From contig JAQBCN010000064.1 of NCBI GenBank assembly GCA_032125195.1, positions 13,501-77,500 of the forward strand: a stretch of DNA of 64,000 bases, read 5' to 3'. The position numbers and the translations under genes are program-made. The stretch's first letter is position 1. Each line of letters starts with the position of its first letter. This DNA comes from Deltaproteobacteria bacterium. Lineage in GTDB: Bacteria; Desulfobacterota; Deferrimicrobia; Deferrimicrobiales; Deferrimicrobiaceae. The notes beneath the pieces were generated by a model. That model saw only the letters and a program-made list of their open reading frames with translations, did not search any database and had not been told where the DNA came from. Of the stretch, positions 21,958 through 33,010 are shown piece after piece.

Positions 21958-22547
21958 TGAGCCGGGAAGGCCAGATCGAGCGAACCACGAAGGAAACCCG
22001 GATCAAGCTCTCCCTGCGGCTTTCGGGGGATGGATCGGGAAAGATCGCCACGGGGGTTCCCTTCCTCGACCACATGCTGACGCTGTTCTCGCGTCACGGG
22101 CTGTTCGACCTGACGATCGCGGGGAAGGGGGACGTCGAGGTCGACTTCCACCACGTGGTGGAGGACGTGGGGATCTGCCTCGGGGAGGCGTTCCGCCGGG
22201 CCTTGGGGGACATGAAGGGGATCCGACGGTACGGGCACGCGGTCGTGCCGATGATCGAGGCGCTGGCGGCGGTGACGGTGGATATCTCCGCGCGGCCGCA
22301 CCTGGTCTACAACTCCCCCCTCGCGAACGAGAAGGTGGGGACGTTCGACGTCGAGCTCGTGGAAGAGTTCCTGCGGGCGTTCGCCCAGTCGTCCGGCGTC
22401 TGCCTCCACGTGAACGTCATGTACGGCTCCAACGCGCACCACACCGTCGAGGCGGTGTTCAAGGCGCTCGGGCGCGCCATGTCGGAAGCGGTGGAAATCG
22501 ATCCGCGCGTCAAGGGCGTTCCCTCCACGAAGGGCATTCTCGGGTGA
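21957..22547 (+). CDS. hisB: Imidazoleglycerol-phosphate dehydratase
   Basis: [16 protein letters not shown]..., with IGPD His-rich motifs. Overlaps the hisD stop. Confidence 0.92.
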   Translation: MSREGQIERTTKETRIKLSLRLSGDGSGKIATGVPFLDHMLTLFSRHGLFDLTIAGKGDVEVDFHHVVEDVGICLGEAFRRALGDMKGIRRYGHAVVPMIEALAAVTVDISARPHLVYNSPLANEKVGTFDVELVEEFLRAFAQSSGVCLHVNVMYGSNAHHTVEAVFKALGRAMSEAVEIDPRVKGVPSTKGILG

Positions 22548-22560
22548 AGGGGCGTCCTTC

Positions 22561-23214
22561 ATGACGCGTGGATCCTCCATCGGCGTCGTGGACTACGGGA
22601 TGGGGAACCTGCGCAGCGTGAGCAAGGCCCTCGAGTCCCTCGGTTTCCCGACCCTGGTCAGCGGAGACCCGAAGGAACTTTCCTCCTGTCGCGGGATCGT
22701 ATTTCCGGGCGTGGGGGCGTTCCGCGACTGCATGGGGAACGTCGTCCGCCAGGGGCTGCTTCCGTTCCTTCGGGAATACCTTGCCGGAGGAAAGCCGTTC
22801 CTCGGCATCTGTGTGGGGATGCAGCTCCTCTTCTCCGGGAGCGAGGAGTTCGGTCGCCACGAGGGGATCGACTTCTTCCGCGGGGACGTGGTCCGGTTCC
22901 CCGGCGACATGCCGGCCCGGGACGGGGGGGTGCTCAAGGTGCCGCACATGGGGTGGAACGAGGTGGAAGTGGTCGGCGATCCTCCGGCGTTCCGTGGAAT
23001 CCCCTCCGGGACGTACTTCTACTTCGTGCACTCGTATTACGCCGCGCCGAAGGTTCCCGGGGACGTTGTGTGCCGTTCTACGTACGGGGTGCCGTTCGCC
23101 GCCGCCGTCGGCCGGGGAAACCGGCTTGCCGTCCAGTTTCATCCCGAGAAGAGCCAGGCCGCGGGACTGCGGCTGCTCGGGAACTTCGGCCGCCTGTGCG
23201 CGGAAGCCGCATGA
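22561..23214 (+). CDS. hisH: Imidazole glycerol phosphate synthase, glutamine amidotransferase subunit
   Basis: VDYGMGNLRSV, the catalytic Cys in GICVGMQ, and HSY. Confidence 0.92.
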   Translation: MTRGSSIGVVDYGMGNLRSVSKALESLGFPTLVSGDPKELSSCRGIVFPGVGAFRDCMGNVVRQGLLPFLREYLAGGKPFLGICVGMQLLFSGSEEFGRHEGIDFFRGDVVRFPGDMPARDGGVLKVPHMGWNEVEVVGDPPAFRGIPSGTYFYFVHSYYAAPKVPGDVVCRSTYGVPFAAAVGRGNRLAVQFHPEKSQAAGLRLLGNFGRLCAEAA

Positions 23215-23233
23215 AGCACTGAGAGGGGACATC

Positions 23234-23965
23234 GTGCCGTTCCAGGTCATTCCGGCGATCGACATCCAGGGGGGGAAGGCGGTCCGGCTGCGCCAGGGGC
23301 GCGCCGAGGACGCCACGGTCTTCTCGGACTCGCCGCTGGAAGTGGCCCGACGGTTCGTCGCCGCGGGGGCGTCCAGCATCCACGTTGTGGACCTGGACGG
23401 GGCGTTTCTCGGAAAACCGGTCAACGCGGAGATCATCTGCCGCATCGCCTCCGGGGCGGGCGTGCCGATCCAGGTGGGAGGCGGCGTGCGGAATTTCGAT
23501 TCGGCGTCCCGGTACTTCGCCGCGGGCGTGTCCCGTGTGATCCTGGGGACTTCGATCGTGCGCAGCCCCGAAGAGGTAACCCGGATCACCCGCGCCTACC
23601 CGGGGATGGTGGCCGCGGGGATCGACGCGCGCGACGGTCGCGTGGCGATCCGCGGATGGGTGGAGGTGACCGGCGTCATCGCGGTGGAGCTGGCGCGCCA
23701 GATCGAGGAGGGCGGCGTCTCCTGCTTCATCTACACCGACATCGCGCGCGACGGGATGATGGTGGGTCCCAACTTCGACGCCATCCGCGATTTCGCGAAC
23801 GGGGTCTCCACCCCGGTGATCGCCTCCGGGGGCGTGACCACCCTCGACGACCTGCGCAGGCTCAAGGCGATGGAGGGCGAAGGGGTGGCCGGCGCGATCA
23901 TCGGCCGCGCCCTGTACGACGGCTCGATCGACCTGGCCGAGGCGCTGAAGACGGAGCGCGAGTAG
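23234..23965 (+). CDS. hisA: ProFAR isomerase
   Basis: (V)[21 protein letters not shown]... with a GTG start, 243 aa. Confidence 0.9.
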   Translation: MPFQVIPAIDIQGGKAVRLRQGRAEDATVFSDSPLEVARRFVAAGASSIHVVDLDGAFLGKPVNAEIICRIASGAGVPIQVGGGVRNFDSASRYFAAGVSRVILGTSIVRSPEEVTRITRAYPGMVAAGIDARDGRVAIRGWVEVTGVIAVELARQIEEGGVSCFIYTDIARDGMMVGPNFDAIRDFANGVSTPVIASGGVTTLDDLRRLKAMEGEGVAGAIIGRALYDGSIDLAEALKTERE

Positions 23966-23992
23966 GGCCTGGACAGGCCCCGCTTGAGGAGA

Positions 23993-24772
23993 ATGCTGGC
24001 GAAGCGGATCATCCCGTGCCTGGACGTGAAGGACGGCCGTGTCGTCAAGGGTGTCCGGTTCGTGGAGCTGAGGGACGCCGGAGATCCGGTGGAGATCGCG
24101 CGGCGGTACGACCGCGAAGAGGCGGACGAGCTCGTCTTTCTCGATATCACGGCGTCCCACGAGAAGAGGGACATCCTGATCGACGTCGTGCGGAAGACGG
24201 CGGAACAGGTCTTCATGCCGCTTACCGTGGGCGGCGGGATCCGGACGATCGAGGACATCCGGAGCCTGCTCCTCGCGGGGGCCGACAAGGTGTCGATCAA
24301 CACGGCGGCCGTCGCCGATCCGGACTTCGTCCGCCGCGCGGCCGAGCGGTTCGGCAGCCAGTGCACGGTGGTTGCGATCGACGCCCGGGCGGTGCCGGGC
24401 CGGGCCGGGGAGTGGGAGGTGTACACCCACGGGGGGCGCACCCCCACGGGCCTCGACGCGGTGGCGTGGGCCCGGCGGATGGACGCGAGCGGCTCCGGCG
24501 AGATCCTGCTGACCAGCATGGACCGCGACGGAACCCGGGACGGGTACGACATCCCGTTGACACGCGCCATCGCCGACGCCGTTCGCATCCCCGTGATCGC
24601 CTCGGGCGGAGTGGGGAACCTCGCGCACCTGCTGGAAGGGGTGACGACGGGGGGGGCGGACGCGGTGCTCGCGGCCTCCATCTTCCACTACGGGGAGCAC
24701 ACCGGGGGGGGGGCGAAGGAGTATCTCCGGCGCCACGGCGTGCCCGTGCGGCCGGCCGCGACGCAGCACTGA
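23993..24772 (+). CDS. hisF: Imidazole glycerol phosphate synthase, cyclase subunit
   Basis: [20 protein letters not shown]... A TTG at 23984 is also possible. Confidence 0.92.
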   Translation: MLAKRIIPCLDVKDGRVVKGVRFVELRDAGDPVEIARRYDREEADELVFLDITASHEKRDILIDVVRKTAEQVFMPLTVGGGIRTIEDIRSLLLAGADKVSINTAAVADPDFVRRAAERFGSQCTVVAIDARAVPGRAGEWEVYTHGGRTPTGLDAVAWARRMDASGSGEILLTSMDRDGTRDGYDIPLTRAIADAVRIPVIASGGVGNLAHLLEGVTTGGADAVLAASIFHYGEHTGGGAKEYLRRHGVPVRPAATQH

Positions 24773-24780
24773 AGCAGCGA

Positions 24781-24857
24781 AGGGAGGGTCGCCCCACTCC
24801 CGTATGAAGTGCGCTCCCTGGGGTACCCCCGCAGCAGGAAGAACGGGGGGCAAAGCC
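24781..24857 (-). repeat. Copy C of the GC-rich ~72-bp repeat family, in reverse orientation, in the hisF-hisI intergenic region
   Basis: The reverse complement, TTTGCCCCCCGTTCTTCCTGCTGCGGGGGTACCCCAGGGAGCGCACTTCATACGGGAGTGGGGCGACCCTCCCT, aligns with copy A at about 90% identity. Confidence 0.7.
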
Positions 24858-24869
24858 AATGGAGGGGCA

Positions 24870-25223
24870 ATGACGGCGGACGAACTGATCGGGCAGGTGA
24901 AGTTCGACGACCGGGGGCTGGTTCCGGTCGTCACGCAGGACGTGAGCGACAACGTGGTCCTCATGGTGGCGTGGGCGAACGCCGAGGCGATCCGGAGCAC
25001 CTTTACAGGGGGGCACGCGACCTACTGGAGCCGTTCCAGGAAGTCCCTTTGGGTGAAGGGGGAAACGTCGGGCCATTTCCAGGACGTGGAGGAGATCCTC
25101 TACGACTGCGACGTCGACACGCTGCTGTACCGTGTCCGGCAGAAGGGCGCCGCATGCCACACTGGGGAACGGACGTGCTTTTACCGCAGCGCATACCGGC
25201 GAGGGGGGAATTCGAATGAGTGA
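24870..25223 (+). CDS. hisI: Phosphoribosyl-AMP cyclohydrolase, monofunctional
   Basis: [24 protein letters not shown]... and C-x15-CH Zn ligands. There is no fused HisE domain. Confidence 0.9.
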   Translation: MTADELIGQVKFDDRGLVPVVTQDVSDNVVLMVAWANAEAIRSTFTGGHATYWSRSRKSLWVKGETSGHFQDVEEILYDCDVDTLLYRVRQKGAACHTGERTCFYRSAYRRGGNSNE

Positions 25224-25563
25224 CGAGTGTATTTTCTGCAAGATCGCGCGGAAAGAGGTTCCGACGCAACCGGTCTACGAGGACCATGACCTGGTCGCGT
25301 TCGACGACCTCCACCCGGTGGCGCCGGTCCACGTGCTCATCGTCCCGAAGGAGCACATGGTCAACCTGAACGACGCGGGCAAGAACGACATCCCCGTTCT
25401 CGGGAAGGCGCTGCGCCTGGCGGCGAAGATCGCCGACGAGAGGGGCGTCGCCGAGTCGGGATACCGGGTCGTGGTGAACAACGGGGAGCAGGGGGGGCAG
25501 GTCGTCCCTCACCTGCACTTCCACCTCGTCGGCGGTAGACCCCTGGCCCCCGGACTGGGCTGA
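25216..25563 (+). CDS. HIT-family (histidine triad) nucleotide hydrolase
   Basis: [10 protein letters not shown]... and HLHFHLVGG (HxHxHxx). Overlaps the hisI stop by 8 nt. Confidence 0.9.
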   Translation: MSDECIFCKIARKEVPTQPVYEDHDLVAFDDLHPVAPVHVLIVPKEHMVNLNDAGKNDIPVLGKALRLAAKIADERGVAESGYRVVVNNGEQGGQVVPHLHFHLVGGRPLAPGLG

Positions 25564-25580
25564 TGCGGGGAGGAACTTTA

Positions 25581-25608
25581 TTGACGTATTTTGGAACAGG
25601 TGTATAAT
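25581..25608 (+). promoter_or_regulatory. Near-consensus sigma-70 promoter for rpsU and the macromolecular-synthesis operon
   Basis: TTGACG-N16-TATAAT, about 45 nt upstream of rpsU, with a GGAAGGGG Shine-Dalgarno. Confidence 0.7.
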
Positions 25609-25655
25609 ACTATAATTTTCGGCTGTTACTTGGCAACGGAAGGGGTGATCCAACC

Positions 25656-25853
25656 ATGCCGGGCGTCCGCGTGAAGGAAGAGGAGCCCTTCGAGAGCGTA
25701 CTGAAGCGATTCAAAAAACAGTGCGAGAAGGCCGGGATCCTTTCGGAAATCCGCAAGCGGGAGCATTATGAAAAACCCAGCGTAAAGAAGAAGAAGAAGA
25801 CGCTGGCGGCCAGGAAGCGCGCGTTGAAGAAATTGAAGAAGATGGTCAGGTAG
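25656..25853 (+). CDS. rpsU: 30S ribosomal protein S21
   Basis: 65 aa, [29 protein letters not shown]..., with a basic C-terminus. Confidence 0.95.
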   Translation: MPGVRVKEEEPFESVLKRFKKQCEKAGILSEIRKREHYEKPSVKKKKKTLAARKRALKKLKKMVR

Positions 25854-25860
25854 GCACGTA

Positions 25861-26331
25861 TTGGGACTCAAGGAACAGTTGCATAAGGATATGCAGACGG
25901 CGGCCAAGGAGCGCAACTCCTTGGCCCTTTCTGCTTTGCGGATGGCCGTGGCCGCGGTCCAGAACCGGGAGATCGAGGCGGTTACCCGGAAGGAGATGCC
26001 GCAGGGGGGGACGCTCCCCGAGGAGGCGATCCTCAAGGTGATCGCAGCGATGGTCAAGCAGCGCCGCGAATCGATCGGGTTGTTCCTCCAGGGGAACCGG
26101 CCGGAACTTGCCGCGAAGGAGGAGAGCGAGATCGTCGTCCTCGATCGCTATCTCCCGAAGGCGCTCACCTCGGCGGAGGTCGAGGCGGCTGCGCGCGAGG
26201 CGATCGCGGAAACCGGCGCTGGGCTTCCGTCCGACATGGGACGCGTCATGAAGGCACTCATGCCGAAGGTGGCGGGCCGGGCCGACGGCAAGGCGGTCAG
26301 CGAAACGGTTCGGCGTATTCTGGCGGGATAG
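25861..26331 (+). CDS. yqeY: GatB/YqeY-domain protein
   Basis: (M)GLKEQLHKDMQTAAKERNS... TTG start. Conserved position between rpsU and dnaG. Confidence 0.8.
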   Translation: MGLKEQLHKDMQTAAKERNSLALSALRMAVAAVQNREIEAVTRKEMPQGGTLPEEAILKVIAAMVKQRRESIGLFLQGNRPELAAKEESEIVVLDRYLPKALTSAEVEAAAREAIAETGAGLPSDMGRVMKALMPKVAGRADGKAVSETVRRILAG

Positions 26332-26348
26332 CGGTCCCGGGGAGACTA

Positions 26349-28100
26349 TTGGGAGGTCGGATCTCCGAAAGCACGATCCGGGAAGTACGGGACCGGGCGG
26401 ACATCGTAGAGGTGGTCTCCGAGACGGTTCCTCTGTCCCGGGCCGGGGCGAGTTTTCGCGGTCTGTGCCCCTTCCACCGGGAAAAGACCCCGTCGTTCTA
26501 TGTCCACCCCGCCCGGCAGGCGTTCAAGTGCTTCGGCTGCGGGGAGGGGGGATCGGTCTTCCACTTCCTGATGAAGGCGCGCAACCTTTCCTTCGCGGAC
26601 TCGGTCGAGGAACTCGCGGAGCGGCACGGCGTGGCGGTCCGGTACGAGGGCGGGACCGTCCGTTCGCGCCCGAAAGAGGATCTGTACGCCCTTCTCCGCC
26701 TCGCGGGGGACACGTACCGGGAACTTCTGGGCTCCCCCGCCGGGAAGGCCGGGAGGGAGTTTCTGCGGCGGCGGGGCGTGACTCCCGAAGCCGAGCGCGA
26801 GTTTGCCCTCGGTTGGTGCGGCACGGGCGGCGAGCTGGTCTCCGCGCTGAAGCGGGAGGGGTTCGACCCGGCCCGGGGCGAGGCGGCAGGCCTTCTGCTC
26901 CCTTCCGGGAGCGGGTTCCGGGACCGGTTCCGGGGGCGGGTGGTCTTCCCGATCGGGGACGCAAGGGGTCGCATCTGCGGTTTCGGGGGTCGGGCGGTGG
27001 ACGACGCCGTCCCGAAGTACCTCAACTCCCCCGAGTCCGAGATCTACCGGAAAAGTTCCCTGCTGTACGGCCTGTACCAGGCGCTCCCGGTCCTCCGGAG
27101 CGAAGGCCGCGTGCTGGTGGTCGAGGGGTACATGGACCTGATCGGACTTTGGCAGAAGGGGGTCCGCGGCGTCGTGGCGACGTGCGGGACCTCGCTCACG
27201 GAGAACCACGCCAGAACCCTGAAGCGTTTGTCGGAAAATGTCATCCTCTTCTACGACGGGGACGTGGCCGGGAAAAAGGCCGCGGTGCGGTCCGGAGGTC
27301 CTTTGTACGCGGCGGGGGTGAGCCCGAAAGCCCTGTTTCCACCGAAGGGGATGGATCCGGACGACTGGGCGAAGGCGGCGTCGCCGGAGGAGTTGACCCG
27401 GCGCATCGCGGGGGCGGTACCGCTCATGGAGTCGATCGAGCGCGGGGCTTCCAGGAAGTACGATCTCGCGACCATTTCCGGAAAACTTTCGTACGTGCAA
27501 CTGATGGCGAAATATCTTCGATGGGTGACCGACCCGGCGGAGCGCGAGCTTTACGCGCAGCGGGTGGCGCAGACTTCGGGGCTTCCGGTGGACACGATCC
27601 ACCGGCAGGTCGGGCCGTCGGCCCTCCCGCCCGTTCCGGAAGGGGGCGGCCCGCCGCGGAGGAAGGATTCCCGCGGCGAGGAGAGCCACCTCCTGCGGTT
27701 GCTGGCCGTGGATCCTTCCCTCGCCGCCACGGCGCGCGATGACGGGGTCGGGGAGCTTCTCTCCGGAGAAGACGCCCGGGAAGCCCTCGTTCACCTGGCG
27801 GATCTGGCCGAGCGGACCCCCGGGGAGACGGGATTTCCGCTGGGGGAAGATCTCCCCGACGGCGCGAGAAAACTCCTGTCCGCCGAGCTCGTGCTGGCGG
27901 ACGTTTCCCCGGAGGAGGCGCGCAGGCGCTACCCGGGGGCGGTCCTTTTCCTCCGGATCCGCCGGGCGCGGGAGGAGACCGAGGCGTTGCAGGAGAAGGT
28001 GAAGGGTGCGTCGGGCGAGGAGGCTTCGCTGCTCTTCGACCGGGTGGTGGCCGCGAAGCGGGAGCTGGAGCGGCTGGAATCGGAACGCAGATCCCGATGA
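26349..28100 (+). CDS. dnaG: DNA primase
   Basis: Zn-ribbon CPFHREKTPSF...CFGCG, the TOPRIM domain, and a C-terminal helicase-interaction domain. TTG start. Confidence 0.95.
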   Translation: MGGRISESTIREVRDRADIVEVVSETVPLSRAGASFRGLCPFHREKTPSFYVHPARQAFKCFGCGEGGSVFHFLMKARNLSFADSVEELAERHGVAVRYEGGTVRSRPKEDLYALLRLAGDTYRELLGSPAGKAGREFLRRRGVTPEAEREFALGWCGTGGELVSALKREGFDPARGEAAGLLLPSGSGFRDRFRGRVVFPIGDARGRICGFGGRAVDDAVPKYLNSPESEIYRKSSLLYGLYQALPVLRSEGRVLVVEGYMDLIGLWQKGVRGVVATCGTSLTENHARTLKRLSENVILFYDGDVAGKKAAVRSGGPLYAAGVSPKALFPPKGMDPDDWAKAASPEELTRRIAGAVPLMESIERGASRKYDLATISGKLSYVQLMAKYLRWVTDPAERELYAQRVAQTSGLPVDTIHRQVGPSALPPVPEGGGPPRRKDSRGEESHLLRLLAVDPSLAATARDDGVGELLSGEDAREALVHLADLAERTPGETGFPLGEDLPDGARKLLSAELVLADVSPEEARRRYPGAVLFLRIRRAREETEALQEKVKGASGEEASLLFDRVVAAKRELERLESERRSR

Positions 28101-28115
28101 CGAGGTGAAGTGCAG

Positions 28116-29906
<1,791 letters not shown>

Positions 29907-29923
29907 TGATGGGGCGGACGACG

Positions 29924-29953
29924 TTGACACCCCGCAAGCGGGCGGAAGATAAT
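29924..29953 (+). promoter_or_regulatory. Candidate sigma-70 promoter for the tRNA gene
   Basis: TTGACA-N18-GATAAT, with the -10 element about 28 nt upstream of the mature tRNA 5' end. Confidence 0.55.
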
Positions 29954-29981
29954 GAAAAGATGAACATAGGTTCCCCATGTT

Positions 29982-30058
29982 GGGCCCATAGCTCAGTTGG
30001 TCAGAGCCACCGGCTCATAACCGGTTGGTCCCTGGTTCGAGGCCAGGTGGGCCCACCA
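29982..30058 (+). tRNA. tRNA with a CAT anticodon. Either elongator tRNA-Met or lysidine-modified tRNA-Ile2; not the initiator
   Basis: Cloverleaf: GGGCCCA/TGGGCCC acceptor stem with a 1:72 pair, D-arm GCTC...GAGC, anticodon stem ACCGG/CCGGT with loop CTCATAA, variable loop TGGTC, T-arm CCTGG-TTCGAGG-CCAGG, and an encoded CCA. Confidence 0.9.
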
Positions 30059-30113
30059 ATATCGCTGTTGCCATGGGGCCTGGCGTGAGCGGGCCCGCGA
30101 TGGACACGGCACG

Positions 30114-30145
30114 AAATGCACCGGCTACCGGTGCATTTTCATTTA
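30114..30145 (+). terminator. Rho-independent terminator after the tRNA
   Basis: Perfect 10-bp stem AATGCACCGG / CCGGTGCATT with a 3-nt loop, followed by TTTCATTT. Confidence 0.7.
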
Positions 30146-30167
30146 TGGCCTGCGGCAGGGTGCCGGT

Positions 30168-31322
30168 GTGATCCGACGCGCCGCCGTCACGGTGAGCGAC
30201 GTGTTGCGGGCGCTCGATGAGCGGTTCCCGTTCGCCCACTGCGCCGACTGGGACAATGTCGGGATCCTGCTGGGCGACCCCGGCGCTCCCGTGCGTTCGG
30301 TCCTCATCGCGCTCGACGCCACGCCGGCGGTGATCGCACGCCTTCGACGGCGCCCCGCGGACCTCCTGGTCACGCACCACCCCGTCGTGTTCACCCCCCT
30401 GAAATCCGTCCGTCCGGATCCCGGCCCCTCCGCCGCGGCGTTCGCACTGCTGCGGATGGGCGTGGCGGTCATCTCGGCGCACACCAACGCCGACGCGGCT
30501 CCCCGGGGCGTTTCGCACGCGATGGGCCGCCGCCTGCGGCTGCGCGGGATGCGCCCGTTGATCCCCGGCGAACCGTCCTCCGGCGCGTGCAAGATCGTGG
30601 TGTTCGTTCCGCCGTCCCACGCGGAAGCCGTCCTGGCCGCCGCCTCGGAGGCGGGCGGGGGGCGGATCGGCGCGTATTCCCGCTGTTCCTTCCGGACCCC
30701 GGGGACCGGCACGTTCCTCGGGGGACCGGATTCCACTCCGCGCACGGGGGCGCCGGGGGCCGAGGAGCGCGTGGAGGAGGTCCGGCTCGAGACGGTCGCA
30801 CCGGGGAGTCGGGTTCGGGCGGTACTGAGCGCGGTGCGGAAGGCGCACCCGTACGAAGAGCCGGCGATCGACGTCGTGCCGTTGCGCGAGGGGGCTCTCG
30901 GAGGCGGGATCGGGATCGTCGGCGAGTTGCCCGAACCGCTGCCGCTCGACCGGGCCCTCGACGCGGTGCGCCGGTCCCTTCGGCCCTCCTGGATCCACGT
31001 CGCGGGTCCCCGTCGGAAGATGGTGGGCCGTGTCGCGATCGTCGGGGGGAGCGGGGCGGAGTTCGCCTTCGCGGCGCGGGAGGCCGGTGCGGACCTCTAC
31101 GTGACGGGGGATGTGAAGTACCACCAGGCGCTGGATGCGGCGGCGGGGGACATGCCCGTCGCCGACATCGGGCACGCTTCGGGGGAACGATGGATCCTGC
31201 CGGAATTCCGGAGGGTTATCAACGCGCGGTTTCCGGGGGCCGTGTCGGCCCGTGTCATCATGGACGAAGAGCCAATGCGGGCTGTGCCCGCGGGGCGAAG
31301 AAGGGGAGGGGAAAAGCCTTGA
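30168..31322 (+). CDS. Nif3-family (YqfO/YbgI, GTP cyclohydrolase 1 type 2-like) dinuclear-metal protein
   Basis: 384 aa with a GTG start: MIRRAAVTVSDVLRALDERFPFAHCADWDNVGILLGD..., and conserved His/Glu metal ligands. Confidence 0.85.
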   Translation: MIRRAAVTVSDVLRALDERFPFAHCADWDNVGILLGDPGAPVRSVLIALDATPAVIARLRRRPADLLVTHHPVVFTPLKSVRPDPGPSAAAFALLRMGVAVISAHTNADAAPRGVSHAMGRRLRLRGMRPLIPGEPSSGACKIVVFVPPSHAEAVLAAASEAGGGRIGAYSRCSFRTPGTGTFLGGPDSTPRTGAPGAEERVEEVRLETVAPGSRVRAVLSAVRKAHPYEEPAIDVVPLREGALGGGIGIVGELPEPLPLDRALDAVRRSLRPSWIHVAGPRRKMVGRVAIVGGSGAEFAFAAREAGADLYVTGDVKYHQALDAAAGDMPVADIGHASGERWILPEFRRVINARFPGAVSARVIMDEEPMRAVPAGRRRGGEKP

Positions 31323-32047
31323 TGGAGCAAGTGAGAATTCTGATCGATCTGCAGGAGGTGATGGGCCAGGCGCGGCGGCTCGACCAGGAGAAGCAGAAGA
31401 TCCCCCTGGAGGTGGCGGATCTGAAGAGCCTCTTCGAAGAGCGCGAAGCGTCGTTTCTCGCGGCGGAGCAGGAGTTCGAGACCCTCAAGCAGCAGCGCCG
31501 CGAGAAGGAGAGGGCGATCGAGGAGGAGCGGGACAAGGTCGAGCGGGCGAAGTCGAAGCTCATGTCGATCAAGACGAACAAGGAATATTACGCCATGCTC
31601 AAGGAGATCGAGGGGACCCGGCGGACGAACGTAGCCCGCGAAGAGGAACTTCTCTCCCTTCTCGTGCGATTCGAAGAAGCGGAGAAGCGGCTCGCGGAGC
31701 GGAAGGCCGACCTCGACGAGGTGTCGGGGAGGTACCGGGAGCGGAGGATCGACATCGATGCCCGCATGGGAACCTTCGACGACGACATCGGGAAGCTGGA
31801 CGCGCGCAGGCGCCAGGTGTCGGGCAAGCTGGATCCATCCCTCGTGCGCCGTTTCGAGATGATCTTCGAGCGACGGGACGGCCTGGCGGTCGTTCCCGCG
31901 AGGAACTACTCCTGCATGGGGTGCCACATGAACATCGCCCCGCAGCTGTTCAACCTTCTGCAGCGGGAGGACCGGATCCACACCTGCCCCAACTGCAACC
32001 GTGTCGTGTATTTCGATGGGACGGAGATCGAGGCGGCCAGCGGGTGA
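31322..32047 (+). CDS. COG1579 coiled-coil / C4 zinc-ribbon protein
   Basis: 241 aa with a long coiled coil and C-terminal CMGC...CPNC. Typical neighbour of nif3. Confidence 0.8.
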   Translation: MEQVRILIDLQEVMGQARRLDQEKQKIPLEVADLKSLFEEREASFLAAEQEFETLKQQRREKERAIEEERDKVERAKSKLMSIKTNKEYYAMLKEIEGTRRTNVAREEELLSLLVRFEEAEKRLAERKADLDEVSGRYRERRIDIDARMGTFDDDIGKLDARRRQVSGKLDPSLVRRFEMIFERRDGLAVVPARNYSCMGCHMNIAPQLFNLLQREDRIHTCPNCNRVVYFDGTEIEAASG

Positions 32048-32460
32048 CTCCGGTCGACATCACGCTGCGCGTTGACGGCGCCAGCCGCGGGAATCCCGGG
32101 CCCTCCGGCGCGGGGGCGGTGGTCGAGTTCGGGGATGGGCGGGCGCCAAGGGAGCTCTGCCGCTACCTTGGGGAGACGACGAACAACGTGGCGGAATACA
32201 GCGCGCTCCTCCTGGCGCTCGAGGAGGCGACCCGGCACGCCGTCTCCTCCATCACCGTCCACTCCGATTCGGAACTCCTCGTCCGGCAGTTGAGGGGGGA
32301 GTACAAGGTGAAGGCGGAGCACCTCCGGCCGCTCCACGCCGAGGCGTGCCGCCGGTTGCGCGTTTTCCCGGCGGTCCGTATACTGCATGTACCGCGCGAG
32401 GAGAACCGGAGGGCGGATTCCCTGGCGAACCTCGCGATCGATCAGCACCGGAAGGGATGA
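32044..32460 (+). CDS. rnhA: Ribonuclease HI (Rv2228c N-domain-like type)
   Basis: 138 aa, (V)TPVDITLRVDGASRGNPGPSGAGAVV...NNVAEYSALLLALE, including the DEDD residues. GTGA overlap with the upstream stop. Confidence 0.85.
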   Translation: MTPVDITLRVDGASRGNPGPSGAGAVVEFGDGRAPRELCRYLGETTNNVAEYSALLLALEEATRHAVSSITVHSDSELLVRQLRGEYKVKAEHLRPLHAEACRRLRVFPAVRILHVPREENRRADSLANLAIDQHRKG

Positions 32461-32888
32461 AGGGTCCGAGGAGGCCAGGTGGCCGCCGGTCCCCGCCGCA
32501 TCGGCGGGGACGGGAGGAAAGTCCGGGCTCCGCAGGGCAGGGTGCCGGGTAACACCCGGTGGGGGCGACCCCGAGGACAGCGCCACAGAAAAGACACCGC
32601 CTCCCGCCACGGCGGGCGGTAAGGGTGAAATGGTGAGGTAAGAGCTCACCGCGCGACGGGCGATCGTCGCGGCATGGCAAACCCCACCCGGAGCAAGACC
32701 AAATAGGAGGGCGACCCCTAGGCGGCTCCGCCGCCGGCGGGGGAAGGGCGGCCCGCCCGGGGCCCTCGGGTAAAGGTCGCTCAAGGCGGGCGGCAACGCC
32801 CGCCGTAGAGAAATGGCCGCCCCGCGGCGACAGGGAAGCGCGTCGCCGCGCACAGAACCCGGCTTACGGCCTCCTCGGACCCTTCATC
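32456..32888 (+). ncRNA. rnpB: RNase P RNA, bacterial type A
   Basis: GGAAAGTCCGGGCTCC (P4), GGGTAACACCCGG, GGTAAGGGTGAAATGGTGAGGTAAGAGCTCACC and ACAGAACCCGGCTTA are all present. The 21-bp P1 helix pairs 32456-32476 with 32868-32888 as exact complements. Confidence 0.95.
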
Positions 32889-32974
32889 CCGCCCGGCGCG
32901 ATCGCTTCCCCGCAAATCCCGTTTTCGATCCGTGGGTCCCCAAGGATTTTTTCATCGAAGGGATCGAAAACCCT

Positions 32975-33001
32975 TGACACCCCCGAAGGTCCCGTTAGAA
33001 T
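32975..33001 (+). promoter_or_regulatory. Pmra-like sigma-70 promoter for the division and cell-wall cluster
   Basis: TTGACA-N15/16-TAGAAT, about 47 nt upstream of the mraZ ATG. Confidence 0.6.
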
Positions 33002-33010
33002 ACCCAGCAA

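Noticed and set aside
23078-25000. 640-aa minus-strand ORF across hisA, hisF and hisI
   Set aside because: It is antisense to a coherent, translationally coupled his gene series.
29907-31322. tRNA-associated genomic island or integrated element downstream of the tRNA gene
   Set aside because: No integrase, direct repeat of the tRNA 3' end, or atypical gene content follows. The next genes are core (nif3, COG1579, rnhA, rnpB).
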